This document shows, in pieces, positions 20,480-30,301 of a stretch of 64,000 nt of DNA (position 1 is its first letter; every line of letters begins with the position of its first letter). Location of the stretch: positions 32,001 to 96,000 of the forward strand of contig CAZUFC010000007.1 of the NCBI GenBank assembly GCA_964619725.1, read 5' to 3'. A model generated the notes under the pieces. That model searched no databases. It was not told the DNA's origin and saw only the letters and a list, made by a program, of their open reading frames with translations. This stretch comes from an uncultured bacterium. GTDB taxonomy: Bacteria; CSSED10-310; CAZUFC01. The translations under genes were made by a program, and so were the position numbers.

Positions 20480-21088
20480 CTATGCCTCCCGTATTTTGAA
20501 AACTTTATAAAATAAAAACGCTGCCGATAACGCAATCAGAAAAAGAACGAACTGTACTGCAGATAAACGTTCCCTCAACGTTTCCCCAAAATAATACGAA
20601 ATCCCGGAGAAAATGAAAACATAAAACAGGGAGCCTGCCGCGGTCGTCCAGATAAATCGGAGATAATTAATCCTGACGACGCCTGCCATACCGGTGAAAT
20701 ATTTGCCTATTTTCGGCACAAAACGGCACCAGAATATAATGGAACGGGGATAACGCCGCATCCAGTTTTCAATTTTATCCGTGTATGAGCGTATTTTATC
20801 CCTTCTCGACAGATAATCCTTCAATCGATCTCGAACCAGGACTCCCGCAAGGTAAAACAACTGATCGCCCAGGCAGCAACCGAAGAAGGCGCTGATGATG
20901 ATCTTATGCAATTCAAGCCCGCCCATAGCGGCGATTATGCCGCCGGCGAGCAGCGCCGTGGGAATGCCTGACCTGTCCCAGACCGAAATGACGAATATGC
21001 CTGCATATCCCCACTGATTAATAAATTGATTGACGTCAAAATCGAAAAACATATAATCCATCCATAAACCGCCAAAATGTTCGAACAC
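20480..21088 (-). CDS. DedA family membrane protein
   Basis: WGYAGIF..GIP, LGDQLFYLAG, RFVP, AGVVRINYLRF. Confidence 0.88.
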   Translation of the reverse strand: MFEHFGGLWMDYMFFDFDVNQFINQWGYAGIFVISVWDRSGIPTALLAGGIIAAMGGLELHKIIISAFFGCCLGDQLFYLAGVLVRDRLKDYLSRRDKIRSYTDKIENWMRRYPRSIIFWCRFVPKIGKYFTGMAGVVRINYLRFIWTTAAGSLFYVFIFSGISYYFGETLRERLSAVQFVLFLIALSAAFLFYKVFKIREA

Positions 21089-21255
21089 CCGGAATTTCCG
21101 CGCCGGCTAAACATTACAGGATTTCCTCACTCGTGACAAACGCAGGTCCACCATATCTCTGAAAGCCAGTCACCTCTTACTTCGAACCAGAATGAATTAC
21201 CGCTGAATGAGGACTGAATCCGGGACAGCTCCCTCGAAACAGCGCCAGACTGCTT

Positions 21256-21519
21256 CTACTCACTGCGTAAATCGCTCAGGTCCGAATTTGTAAATTTATC
21301 TCTTATCCTCCGAATCACGCCTACATCAGGTTCCGCGCTTTCCACTGCGCTCTCGTTCGCCTGCATCACTTTTTCCTGCAGCTCTCCTCTTAGTATTCGG
21401 ATATCTTTAGGGGCTTTAATTCCAATTTTAACCTGTTCTCCAGCGACTTGAAGTATTCTGACCTCAATATGAGGGGAAATACTTATCCATTCATTTTCTT
21501 TTCTTTGAAGAACAAGCAT
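21256..21519 (-). CDS. csrA: Carbon storage regulator
   Basis: MLVLQRKENE..QVKIGIKAPKDIRILRGEL; adjacent to fliW. Confidence 0.92.
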   Translation of the reverse strand: MLVLQRKENEWISISPHIEVRILQVAGEQVKIGIKAPKDIRILRGELQEKVMQANESAVESAEPDVGVIRRIRDKFTNSDLSDLRSE

Positions 21520-21947
21520 TATTCACATTCTTTATACAGAGGATAATTAATTTCGTAATCGCAATCCTGAATAATAAATTGCAGCCCCTTTTTTTCCGCT
21601 GAATTGATCAATACGGGCGCCTGGAGATTTATGGTTATTTTCTGAGGATTCTTTCGGAACGTCGTTACGAGGAAAACGCTGAGGTCTTCAGCTTTTTCGG
21701 CCTTGAGCATTTCCTGTTCTCTATCGGGGAAAGTAAACTGGTAATCGTTCAGATACGCTGCGCTGAAAATGAAAAAGGAAACATGGGGCTGTTCGATGGA
21801 TTGCAGCAGCATAAAAGGTTCAATGCAGGGATCATCGATGAGGATAAACTTTTTATCGTTCGGAAAACCGAGCATACCCTCATCGAATTGAATAATGGAA
21901 TTTTGATTAACTTCGATCTCGCCGAAACGTGAGGTTTTGATTTTCAC
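21519..21947 (-). CDS. fliW: Flagellar assembly factor FliW
   Basis: KTSRFGEI, GMLGF, LQSIE, TINLQAPVLIN. Confidence 0.92.
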   Translation of the reverse strand: MKIKTSRFGEIEVNQNSIIQFDEGMLGFPNDKKFILIDDPCIEPFMLLQSIEQPHVSFFIFSAAYLNDYQFTFPDREQEMLKAEKAEDLSVFLVTTFRKNPQKITINLQAPVLINSAEKKGLQFIIQDCDYEINYPLYKECE

Positions 21948-21950
21948 TTT

Positions 21951-22835
21951 TTATCCCAGGAAGTCCATCAGACTCAGATTCTCCACACGCGCCATAAAAG
22001 ATAAAGTAGATTTAACGGAAATTTGCTCTTTTGTCAGCTCCATGATCGCCTCGGCATAATCCGTTCCTTCCAAATCGCCTTTCAAACCTTTATAAACGAC
22101 TTCCAGGTCCAGATATCGATTCTGCATTTCATCGATATGCTGGATTCTGGCGCCAATTTCCGTTTGAGCCGAGATGATCTGATTTTCAATAACGCCCAGG
22201 CGGTCCAGTTGATCCTGCAGAGTAGCCTGATCGTTATTTCTTATGGATTCGGCAATCGTATGCATTACATCGAAGACATCATCATTTTCCAGGAAAACCT
22301 GTGAACCCGGGATGTTTTTCTTGACCTGCACGCCCGAACCTATCACCATTTCGGTATACTCATCGTTGCCGTGGTATACTACATGGTCTTCATCCCATTC
22401 AAAGGGTTCCTCCATGGTTTCGGTCCCGCCGAAAATATAAAAATTCAAATGCTTGGAATTGGCTGTCGCCATTATTCGATCAAACAGCGCATCCATTGAT
22501 TCTGCAAGTATTTCCCTTGTTTCCGCGCTGTTCTCCGAAGAAATAGCGCTCATGGCGGTTTCCCGCGCTTCCACGACGATATCGTAAAGATCGTCCAGAT
22601 TCGTTTCAGTCACGCTCATCCAACTGTAAGCGGAATCCACCGTTTTGATGTACGCCCGGGATTCCTGTATCAAGTTTTTTAAATTGGAGATTTTTACTGC
22701 GTCCACGGGATCGTCGGAAGGTTTATGAATTCTTTTGGCGGTAGCGATATTTTCTTCATAGGTCTGCAATCGATCATACGAACGGTTGAGATATTCAAGA
22801 AGGTTTCTCATCCGCATTGATGCTACTACTCGCAT
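21951..22835 (-). CDS. flgL: Hook-associated protein 3
   Basis: KRIHKPSDDPV, YIFGG..PF, C-terminal LSLMDFL. Confidence 0.92.
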   Translation of the reverse strand: MRVVASMRMRNLLEYLNRSYDRLQTYEENIATAKRIHKPSDDPVDAVKISNLKNLIQESRAYIKTVDSAYSWMSVTETNLDDLYDIVVEARETAMSAISSENSAETREILAESMDALFDRIMATANSKHLNFYIFGGTETMEEPFEWDEDHVVYHGNDEYTEMVIGSGVQVKKNIPGSQVFLENDDVFDVMHTIAESIRNNDQATLQDQLDRLGVIENQIISAQTEIGARIQHIDEMQNRYLDLEVVYKGLKGDLEGTDYAEAIMELTKEQISVKSTLSFMARVENLSLMDFLG

Positions 22836-22894
22836 TATTACACTCCTTTATATTCTGCGACGATCATCCGGAACTCCCCTGAAATAATTCATCA

Positions 22895-24283
22895 TCAAAC
22901 CATTTCAAAAACCCGGTCGCACATCTCATTAACTGTCTGTAAAAACTTCATAGCCGCCTGGTAGGAATTCTGATACACCAGCAGATTGGCGGCTTCCTCA
23001 TCCAACGAAACGCCTGAAACGCTGTCTTTTTTATTCCTCAAAAAAAGCATTACATCCGCCTGCGTATCTTCTCTTTCAGTCAATTGCTGCACTTCCAGAC
23101 CCAGTTCCGAGGATATTCCGTCAATGTATTGATAATAGGTCATGGTATTACCGTTCATGGTTTGTTCGGAAGCCAAATCAAAGATCAGAAGGGCATTGGC
23201 ATTGTCTCCCGGCGAATCTGTTCCCGCAGCGGCCAGCAACCCCGGATCATCTACAATGTCTTCATTTACTTCTATCTGGGAAGCGGCTAATTCAGGATCG
23301 GCATAAGCCTCAAAAAACAAGTTTCCCGTTTCGCCTTCTAAGCCGTATCCTGTCGAATGAAGCCCGTTCACTCTGTCTATCAGATCGATCGCCAGTTCAT
23401 TCAGTTGATCGATCCTTTCAGGAAGAACTTCATCGCGCAAACTTATCAAGCCTCCGATTTTCCCGCTTTCAATGACATCATCCATCTTTATCGACTTGCC
23501 CGAATAGTTCCAATAAATCGAATGAAAACTGTTCTCAGCGTTCTTTTGTATTTCCAATTCATAATTCGTAGAGCCGAGAACCAGCGCCTGCCCCTTTCCT
23601 GCCGAAATAGTCATGGACCCGTCATCCATCTCATGCGATTCGAAATCAATATAGCCCGCAAGCTCCTCCATCAACACATCCCTTTGATCTCTGAAATCGG
23701 AAGCTTCTGATTGCAATTCCGCTTCCTTAATCTTTGCGTTCAGCTCAGCAATATTTTCCGTTATCGAATTTATTCTTCCCACTGCAATCACGATTTCTTC
23801 ATCAGTGTCCGACTGCTGATTCATCAGATGACTGTATTTTTCCTTGATGCCGGCGGCCAGATCGATCCCCTGATGTATCACGCTCTGTCTTAACGCCATA
23901 TCCTCCGGTTCCGATGCCAGCTCCTGCCAGGCTCCGAAATAATCATATAAATTCGCGGTCAATCCCTCATTGTCCAGCTCGTTAAAGTAAGATTCAACCA
24001 GCTCAAGTCCCTCACGCTTCGTTTTCAGTTCCTGATGCAAGCTTTCGCCTTTATTTATCTGACGAACGACGAATCCGTCGTGCATTCTTCGTATGGCTTT
24101 AACATTGACGCCCAGTCCGATATATTTGTCATACGACCCCCCGCAGCTCGAAGTCAGAACAAGCTGCTGTCGCGAATATCCGGGCGTATTTACATTGGAA
24201 ATGTTGTGACCGGCCACCCATATACCGGTCTGGGAAGCATGCAAAGCCTTCATCCCCATATTCAGCGCTCCGTATATGCTCAT
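22895..24283 (-). CDS. flgK: Hook-associated protein 1
   Basis: GHNISNVNTPGYSRQ, RDQRD, SVSGVSLDEEAANL. Confidence 0.95.
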   Translation of the reverse strand: MSIYGALNMGMKALHASQTGIWVAGHNISNVNTPGYSRQQLVLTSSCGGSYDKYIGLGVNVKAIRRMHDGFVVRQINKGESLHQELKTKREGLELVESYFNELDNEGLTANLYDYFGAWQELASEPEDMALRQSVIHQGIDLAAGIKEKYSHLMNQQSDTDEEIVIAVGRINSITENIAELNAKIKEAELQSEASDFRDQRDVLMEELAGYIDFESHEMDDGSMTISAGKGQALVLGSTNYELEIQKNAENSFHSIYWNYSGKSIKMDDVIESGKIGGLISLRDEVLPERIDQLNELAIDLIDRVNGLHSTGYGLEGETGNLFFEAYADPELAASQIEVNEDIVDDPGLLAAAGTDSPGDNANALLIFDLASEQTMNGNTMTYYQYIDGISSELGLEVQQLTEREDTQADVMLFLRNKKDSVSGVSLDEEAANLLVYQNSYQAAMKFLQTVNEMCDRVFEMV

Positions 24284-24408
24284 CAGTTCCTCCCACGTCT
24301 GTTCCGATAAATTACATAGCTCATCGTTATCTTCTTATTCATATATTCCGTTCTTATCGCTTCCCATGATTCAGCCGACGCTTATCCCTTTTCCTTACGT
24401 TTAAATAA

Positions 24409-24810
24409 TCAGATATTTTTGTAACTCATTAAGCCTTCCGGACCATAGAACTGATCCCGGTCTTCTCCGCTCATCATCATATTCTGAAATTCAAAACTCA
24501 TGTTCATAACGCTCGTCATTAAAGCGGCCAGACGATGATTCGCCTTCCTAAGCTCTCTCGTCTCCTCAAGAAGGATTCTCCTCCTGGCTTCTCCTGCTTC
24601 TTCCCCTATGTAATCATGCATCCGGGTCTCCGTCAGCTTCGTCTGCTTGATTAATTCGATCGTTTCCTCTTCCAGCTTTATGCCCGCATAAGTCCCCGTT
24701 TCGATTATCCGCTTCCGCTCTTCATTCAGCAACTCTCTCAATCTTCTGCATTTCGCTCTCCGCTCCTCGAATATCTTTTCGTCCGCGCTTTTCTCTTCCT
24801 GTCTCATCAT
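24409..24810 (-). CDS. Probable FlgN-like export chaperone
   Basis: Helical 133 aa protein between flgM and flgK; call is mainly positional. Confidence 0.55.
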   Translation of the reverse strand: MMRQEEKSADEKIFEERRAKCRRLRELLNEERKRIIETGTYAGIKLEEETIELIKQTKLTETRMHDYIGEEAGEARRRILLEETRELRKANHRLAALMTSVMNMSFEFQNMMMSGEDRDQFYGPEGLMSYKNI

Positions 24811-25106
24811 GCTTCTTCCGGCGCCATGTCTTCCAGAATTTTTTCCGCCAGCATCCTGTCATCAATCTTATAACTGTCGTTATCCAGCTTCTGCTGTAAT
24901 TCCCGGACCTTCGACAACCTTATCTCAGGCTCGCTCTTAACCGCCTTGTAAAGTTTCGCATACAATCCTACTTCCGAAGAAATTTCTATCCTGTCCTGAC
25001 TCAATGAAGCCTTTTTCAACTTGGCCTTTTCTTCGGAAGAATTCTGGTTTTGATCAACGATGCGACCGAATGCTTTGTCCGGTCCTTCTGTTCCTGATAT
25101 TTTCAT
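24807..25106 (-). CDS. flgM: Anti-sigma28 factor
   Basis: DRIEISS..IRLSKVRELQQKLDNDSYKID..LAEKIL. Confidence 0.88.
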   Translation of the reverse strand: MKISGTEGPDKAFGRIVDQNQNSSEEKAKLKKASLSQDRIEISSEVGLYAKLYKAVKSEPEIRLSKVRELQQKLDNDSYKIDDRMLAEKILEDMAPEEA

Positions 25107-25142
25107 CTTCTTTCCTCCTCAACCCCAAACTACTCACCCTAT

Positions 25143-25169
25143 TCATCGGAAGTTTTTTGAAAAACTTTA
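25143..25169 (-). promoter_or_regulatory. Sigma28 promoter upstream of flgM
   Basis: Minus strand TAAA-N15-TCCGATGA versus consensus TAAA-N15-GCCGATAA. Confidence 0.75.
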
Positions 25170-25192
25170 GAAAAAAACTTCGCTTGCAAGCT

Positions 25193-25516
25193 TCAGGTTG
25201 ATTCATTTTTTGAGGTCAATTGCTTATAAAGCATTTCCGATAAATAGTCCTCGGTCGATTCTGCCGTCGTCTGCGACATATGTTTTTGGAAAAAAAATGA
25301 GACCAGGGAATTTTGAGAGTTTTCCTCATCCGACAGTTGTTCCAGTCCTTTGGTCATGCTTTTTAAAACATACATCCAGAAAACGGACGAGAATTCTTTG
25401 CATTTTTGCTTCAGGTCCGCTTCTTCGTTTTGAATGGCCCGATTAATTTTTTCCCGGCCCGGATTCTCTGCCAAACGTTTGAACGCGTCGACCGGGGCCT
25501 GATTCGTTATTTTCAT
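25193..25516 (-). CDS. flgJ: Short FlgJ-like rod-binding protein without muramidase domain
   Basis: LKQKCKEFSSVF..LKSM..LSEMLYKQL; follows flgI. Confidence 0.7.
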   Translation of the reverse strand: MKITNQAPVDAFKRLAENPGREKINRAIQNEEADLKQKCKEFSSVFWMYVLKSMTKGLEQLSDEENSQNSLVSFFFQKHMSQTTAESTEDYLSEMLYKQLTSKNEST

Positions 25517-25565
25517 TTAAGTCTCCTTTCCCTGCCGTTTTTATGACGCTTCAACATAAGCAACA

Positions 25566-26708
25566 TCAGATCACCACGAGTTCGGCTTGAAGTCCTCCTG
25601 CAGCTTTGATGGCCTGGAGAATTGAGATGAGGTCCCTGGGGGTGACGCCTAGTGCGTTGAGCGCTGTGACTATCTCTGAGATTGCGGCGCCTTCCATGAC
25701 CGAAAGATTAGATTTTTCTTCTTCGACATCTATTTCCGATTCGGTGGTGACCGTGGTTTTTCCTCTCGACATAGGCGGAGGCTGACTGACATAATCCTGA
25801 GTAATAATTTTCAGCGTTAAATCTCCATGCGCCACTGCGACCTTTTTTATTCTTACGTCCGCTCCCATTACGACTGTCCCTGTCTTTTCATCTATAACGA
25901 CTTTTGCGGAAACGGCCGGGTCTATTTCCAGATTTTCGAGTTTCGAGAGGAATTCCACTTTATGAGCATTCATCGATTCAGGCATTGAAACCCTTATCGT
26001 TCGGGAATCCATAGCTTCGACGGAATATTCGGGGAAGCCTGTCCTCAAGGCGGAAGCGGTTCTGGCGGCTGACGTGAAGTCGCCGTCTCTCAATACAATG
26101 TTGAATTCATTCATATCTTTCAATCTGAAAGGAAGGCTTTTCTCTACAATAGCTCCGCCCGGCGCTTTGGCTACGGTGGGGTGATTCTTCTGAGTCTTGC
26201 TTCCTTCCGAGCCTGTGGACCAGCCGCCTACGACCAGCGGCCCCTGAGCCACCGCATATACCTGGTCGTCCGCTCCCCTCAAAGGCGTCATCAGCAAAAC
26301 TCCGCCTAAAAGACTTTTGGCATCTCCAATAGACGAAGCCACGGCGTCTATTCGGCTACCGGTTCTCATAAATGGAGGCAGAACGGCAGTTACCATTACT
26401 GTCGCTACATTTTTCACCTTGACCGATTTCTGATCGACCGAAATGCCCATTCTCTCCAGCATGCTCGACATCGATTGCTGGATAAACTTGACGTTATTGG
26501 GCGAATCTCCCGTGCCGTTTAATCCCACCACCAGGCCGTAACCAATCAGAAGGTTATCCCTGACGCCCTGAATATCCGCAATGTCCTTTAATTTTGCCGA
26601 ATAAGCCGCTTCCGGCCCATAAAAACCGGTCAATGCCAGAACAAAGAGCAAACATCCGCAGTGTATTCGTAAATCTTTAATTATCCTTAGCGTCCTATTT
26701 TTTTCCAT
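25566..26708 (-). CDS. flgI: Flagellar P-ring protein
   Basis: GVRDNLLIGYGLVVGLNGTGD, VYAVAQG, ILQAIKAAG. Confidence 0.96.
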   Translation of the reverse strand: MEKNRTLRIIKDLRIHCGCLLFVLALTGFYGPEAAYSAKLKDIADIQGVRDNLLIGYGLVVGLNGTGDSPNNVKFIQQSMSSMLERMGISVDQKSVKVKNVATVMVTAVLPPFMRTGSRIDAVASSIGDAKSLLGGVLLMTPLRGADDQVYAVAQGPLVVGGWSTGSEGSKTQKNHPTVAKAPGGAIVEKSLPFRLKDMNEFNIVLRDGDFTSAARTASALRTGFPEYSVEAMDSRTIRVSMPESMNAHKVEFLSKLENLEIDPAVSAKVVIDEKTGTVVMGADVRIKKVAVAHGDLTLKIITQDYVSQPPPMSRGKTTVTTESEIDVEEEKSNLSVMEGAAISEIVTALNALGVTPRDLISILQAIKAAGGLQAELVVI

Positions 26709-26731
26709 GTCTTATTTCTCACTCATCCTTT

Positions 26732-27478
26732 TTAAAACGGCCAAACCCAGTCCAGCATCCACGTCAACCATCCCCGTCGCTGGTCCGCACTGATGATGCC
26801 CCTTCCTCCATACACCACCTGAAGGTCCGAAATATTGGTCGAAATAACGCAATTCGAATCGTCGATGTCTTGAGGCCTCACCAGTCCCTGGATGCTCAAT
26901 ATCTGTCTTTCATCGTTAATTACCAGCTCACGATGCCCTTTTATCACAAGATAACCGTTCGGCAGAACATCCACGACCCGGGCAGCCATGGTTGCGACAA
27001 GATTTCCGCTGCGCTTCGTAGAACCCTCGCCTTCAAACGATTTCGCTCCCTTCGTCTTTATCATTGTCGATGGGCTTATCATATCATTGGACCATTCGGG
27101 AATTTTCGTCTCCAGCCCGAAAAGATTCTCAATCCCCATGTCCATTTCCGATTCCTTCGAAGTCGCTGTCGTCGCTGATTGAGAAGCATCCACAGTCTCC
27201 ACGATCCTCACAGTTATTATGTCGTTGATGCGGCGCGCTTTGGAATCCGTGAAAAGGTCCAGGCCGATACGGGACGGCCGCCATATCGATGCCGGCTCCT
27301 TATAAGCATCATCCAGCCCCGTCTCATAAATCTCTGGTTCTTCCGTCATTTCCGCTTCCGGAGGCTTCTTCCTTTTGAACATGCAACCGTTGATCAAAAC
27401 GCAGGCCGTTAACATAACCACAAATACAAATCCGCAGCGGTATCTTTTGCTTCTCATCCTTATCTCACGGCGCTTCAT
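26732..27478 (-). CDS. flgH: Flagellar L-ring lipoprotein
   Basis: LINGC lipobox, LFTDSKA, VLPNG, GLVRPQDI, GWL..WPF. Confidence 0.95.
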   Translation of the reverse strand: MKRREIRMRSKRYRCGFVFVVMLTACVLINGCMFKRKKPPEAEMTEEPEIYETGLDDAYKEPASIWRPSRIGLDLFTDSKARRINDIITVRIVETVDASQSATTATSKESEMDMGIENLFGLETKIPEWSNDMISPSTMIKTKGAKSFEGEGSTKRSGNLVATMAARVVDVLPNGYLVIKGHRELVINDERQILSIQGLVRPQDIDDSNCVISTNISDLQVVYGGRGIISADQRRGWLTWMLDWVWPF

Positions 27479-28226
27479 ACCATAAATTTCCTTCCGTTCC
27501 GACGGTCGCCTGAAGTATCTTCCGAGAACTCGAATTCTTCACCTTTATACTCTCGCCGGCATAGCCGTTCTCACACGCTTCCACAAACATGCTTATCTCC
27601 AGGTTTTCCTTACGACAAAAAAGCTTGGCCCGTTCCCCTCTGCGTATCACCGGGGTCTTATCCAGACAGTTCAAGGAAACAGTCTCCCCTTTCGTCATGC
27701 TGATCCTGGTTTTCTTTCCGATCACAGAGGCCGGCGTTAAAGCCGGATTCTTTTCAGATTTTGAAATCTCCTTTAAACGCCACTCAATGTCCTCTTTACC
27801 TATGACGGAACCCGCCGGCAAATCACGCATCAAAACCGCCGCTTTCACCGTTACTTTAGTCTCAGCCAATATCCAGCAGTTTTTCTCCCGCTCCCCGTTC
27901 CGCCTGACTGTCAGCAGTAAACGCAACATTCCCCAGGAAATATCGCCCACCTTTCGCGAAATTTCCAACTCAGTATCTGCCCGCAACAGATAATCGCGGA
28001 TGCTCGAAGGATATCGCAATTCTCCAATGGTCACAGAATGAGGCTGCCAATCGGTCTTTTGAAGAATATAGTCCTTTACTTCGCTGCGAAGCCTCTCTTC
28101 TGCTTTCTGAAGTCCCGTCGAGGCGGCGGACATGCCTGCAGCGCCCAGGATCATTGCGCCCATACACATACAAACGATCAACCATCTTAAATTTTTCATT
28201 TTTCTTTCGTTCCCAGGAGATTTCAT
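27465..28226 (-). CDS. flgA: P-ring formation chaperone
   Basis: Signal peptide, SAF-like RDLPAGSVI, VIRRGE, IKVKNSSSRKI; gene order. Confidence 0.85.
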   Translation of the reverse strand: MKSPGNERKMKNLRWLIVCMCMGAMILGAAGMSAASTGLQKAEERLRSEVKDYILQKTDWQPHSVTIGELRYPSSIRDYLLRADTELEISRKVGDISWGMLRLLLTVRRNGEREKNCWILAETKVTVKAAVLMRDLPAGSVIGKEDIEWRLKEISKSEKNPALTPASVIGKKTRISMTKGETVSLNCLDKTPVIRRGERAKLFCRKENLEISMFVEACENGYAGESIKVKNSSSRKILQATVGTEGNLWYEAP

Positions 28227-28254
28227 TCAATCAACTGCCGCCTGCCCTTATATT

Positions 28255-29043
28255 TTACCTATGAAGATTACTCACCTGAGCAAGCATCTCATCAGCCGTT
28301 CTTACCGCCCTGCTGTTAATCTCATAAGCCCTTTGCCCGACTATCATCCTTACCATTTCTTCGACCATATCCACGTTGGATTTTTCCAGGTAACTCTGCA
28401 CCAGCTTACCCAGCGAACCGGTTCCGGGCGTCCCCACTATCGGTTCTCCCGAAGCTGAAGAGGGCCTGTATAAATTCCTTCCCATGCTGATTAATCCGGA
28501 AGGATTAACGAACTGAGCCAGTTCGATTGTTCCCAGTTCCGCCGGCGCCGACTGATCCGGTAAAGTCGCCGACACCTTTCCGTCTGATGAAACGTTTATG
28601 GCCAAAGCATTGCTGGGGATCGTTATGTTCGGTTCCAGAAAATACCCCTCCGAATTGACCATGTTGCCGTCACCGTCCTTCTTGAAATTTCCCGCACGCG
28701 TGTAGGCCATCTCTCCCGAAGGCAAACGAATCTGAAAAAAACCTGATCCTTCAATAAGAACATCCAGCGGATCACTCGTCGTCTGGTAATCTCCCTGAGA
28801 AAAATTCCTGTTGGTACATACCATCCTTACGCCATGTCCGACTTGTATCCCCGTGGGTATGCGCCCCACCTCGCCCGCGGGCGCCCCAGGTCCCGACAGC
28901 ATCTGGTAAAAAAGGTCCTGGAATTCAGCACGGCTCTTCTTGAATCCGTCAGTATTGACGTTGGCTAAATTGTGCGACGTTACCTCAATGGAAAGTTGCT
29001 GCGCCTTCATTCCTGACGCCGCTATCCAGAGCGCTCTGTTCAT
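28255..29043 (-). CDS. flgG: Distal rod protein
   Basis: NLANVNTDGFKKSRAEFQDL, YTRAG, LEKSNV, QRAYEINS. Confidence 0.96.
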   Translation of the reverse strand: MNRALWIAASGMKAQQLSIEVTSHNLANVNTDGFKKSRAEFQDLFYQMLSGPGAPAGEVGRIPTGIQVGHGVRMVCTNRNFSQGDYQTTSDPLDVLIEGSGFFQIRLPSGEMAYTRAGNFKKDGDGNMVNSEGYFLEPNITIPSNALAINVSSDGKVSATLPDQSAPAELGTIELAQFVNPSGLISMGRNLYRPSSASGEPIVGTPGTGSLGKLVQSYLEKSNVDMVEEMVRMIVGQRAYEINSRAVRTADEMLAQVSNLHR

Positions 29044-29152
29044 TTTTTTCTCCTTCTTGTTTCGCTTTCCTCTACGATCTGTTTTCCTGTGCCTCTCTTA
29101 TATCTTATTAATAATTGAAATATTACAGGGCCGCTCTCCGCATTAAACTTCA

Positions 29153-29866
29153 CTACGGTATCCTCCCCAGTTCGTTCGCACGGGTCGCCGATTGGGTCAG
29201 CAGTTGACGCACCACTCGCTGACTGTATTCAAAATGTCGCAACGCCGTTATCATCCCCGCCATGCTGTCCACTATCGATACGTTGGAACTCTCCAAATAT
29301 CCCTGAAGCACTTCAACATCCGTCTTATCGTTCGCCGGCTGCTCACGCTCACCGCTCCGATAAAGCGAATTCCCCTCCCGCATTAAATTGTGCGGCGCAT
29401 TGAATTGAACGACCTTAATCCTGTCCAGCTCAACTCCATCCTGAAAAATCGTCCCGTCAGGCTTTACCTCTATCGCTCCCGCTCCCAGAATTATGGCGCC
29501 GCCCTCGCCCATAACACGACCTGATCCCTCCAATATCAAATAACCGTAATTGTCCGTCTTGAAACTGCCGTTGCGCGTATAACGCCGCCCGGCGCCGCTC
29601 TGGATAACAAAAAATCCGTCACCCTTTATCGACAGGTCCAATTCCCGCTCCGTCATCCTGTGTTCGCCTTCCTCCAAATTAAGGGCCTGGCGGTTATGAA
29701 TATTGTATATGCCGACTTTATCCGTCGTCTCCCACAGCACTTCATTGAACGATACGTCGCCTTTGAAACCGGCCGTCGTCGAATTCGCCAGCTTATCCGT
29801 CTGATTCTCCAAGTTACGCAACTGGCTCTTCATTGCAGAACCGCTGAGATAAATCGAATTGTTCAT
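29153..29866 (-). CDS. flgF: Proximal rod protein
   Basis: LANSTTAGFK, YTRNG, QGYLESSNV; precedes flgG. Confidence 0.88.
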   Translation of the reverse strand: MNNSIYLSGSAMKSQLRNLENQTDKLANSTTAGFKGDVSFNEVLWETTDKVGIYNIHNRQALNLEEGEHRMTERELDLSIKGDGFFVIQSGAGRRYTRNGSFKTDNYGYLILEGSGRVMGEGGAIILGAGAIEVKPDGTIFQDGVELDRIKVVQFNAPHNLMREGNSLYRSGEREQPANDKTDVEVLQGYLESSNVSIVDSMAGMITALRHFEYSQRVVRQLLTQSATRANELGRIP

Positions 29867-29919
29867 CGCTTATCTCCCGTCAGGAAACCGACTTCATACG
29901 TTCCCCCGAACTGAAAAGA

Positions 29920-29936
29920 AGCAACATTTATGCCTA
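29920..29936 (-). promoter_or_regulatory. Sigma54 promoter upstream of flgF
   Basis: TAGGCATAAATGTTGCT (GG-N10-GC). Confidence 0.8.
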
Positions 29937-29944
29937 ATGTACCT

Positions 29945-29971
29945 TTATCGGCCATTTCTTCCGAATCTTTA
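29945..29971 (-). promoter_or_regulatory. Sigma28 promoter upstream of flgF
   Basis: Perfect TAAA-N15-GCCGATAA. Confidence 0.82.
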
Positions 29972-30041
29972 GCAGTTTTTTTAATTAAATTCATTATCTC
30001 CCTTTTTACAATCAGTTACAACAAGTTTGCCGGCACTCTTC

Positions 30042-30257
30042 CTAACCGTTCAACTTCCTTACCAGCCGGAAGACTACACCCGGATACAACGATTCTATTT
30101 TCACCAGCACCCTGTCTCCCTTTCGCATCCGCGCCCGGAAACGGGCGACCACCCAGAAATCTTCAAAACGTAATGCCGCTCTCTCCTCGTCCAACAATCG
30201 CACCACATAACCGGACAGATAGTCCCCTTTTTTGAGACATAATTCATCCGCTTCCAT
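30042..30257 (-). CDS. Small beta-rich hypothetical protein (71 aa)
   Basis: MEADELCLKKGDYLSGYV..KGDRVLVKIESLYPGVVFRL; a start at 30257 avoids overlap with the upstream gene. Confidence 0.6.
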   Translation of the reverse strand: MEADELCLKKGDYLSGYVVRLLDEERAALRFEDFWVVARFRARMRKGDRVLVKIESLYPGVVFRLVRKLNG

Positions 30258-30301
30258 TTTTTCATTGGTTTCGGGGTCTCTTAATGGTCCGCCGTGGACT
30301 T

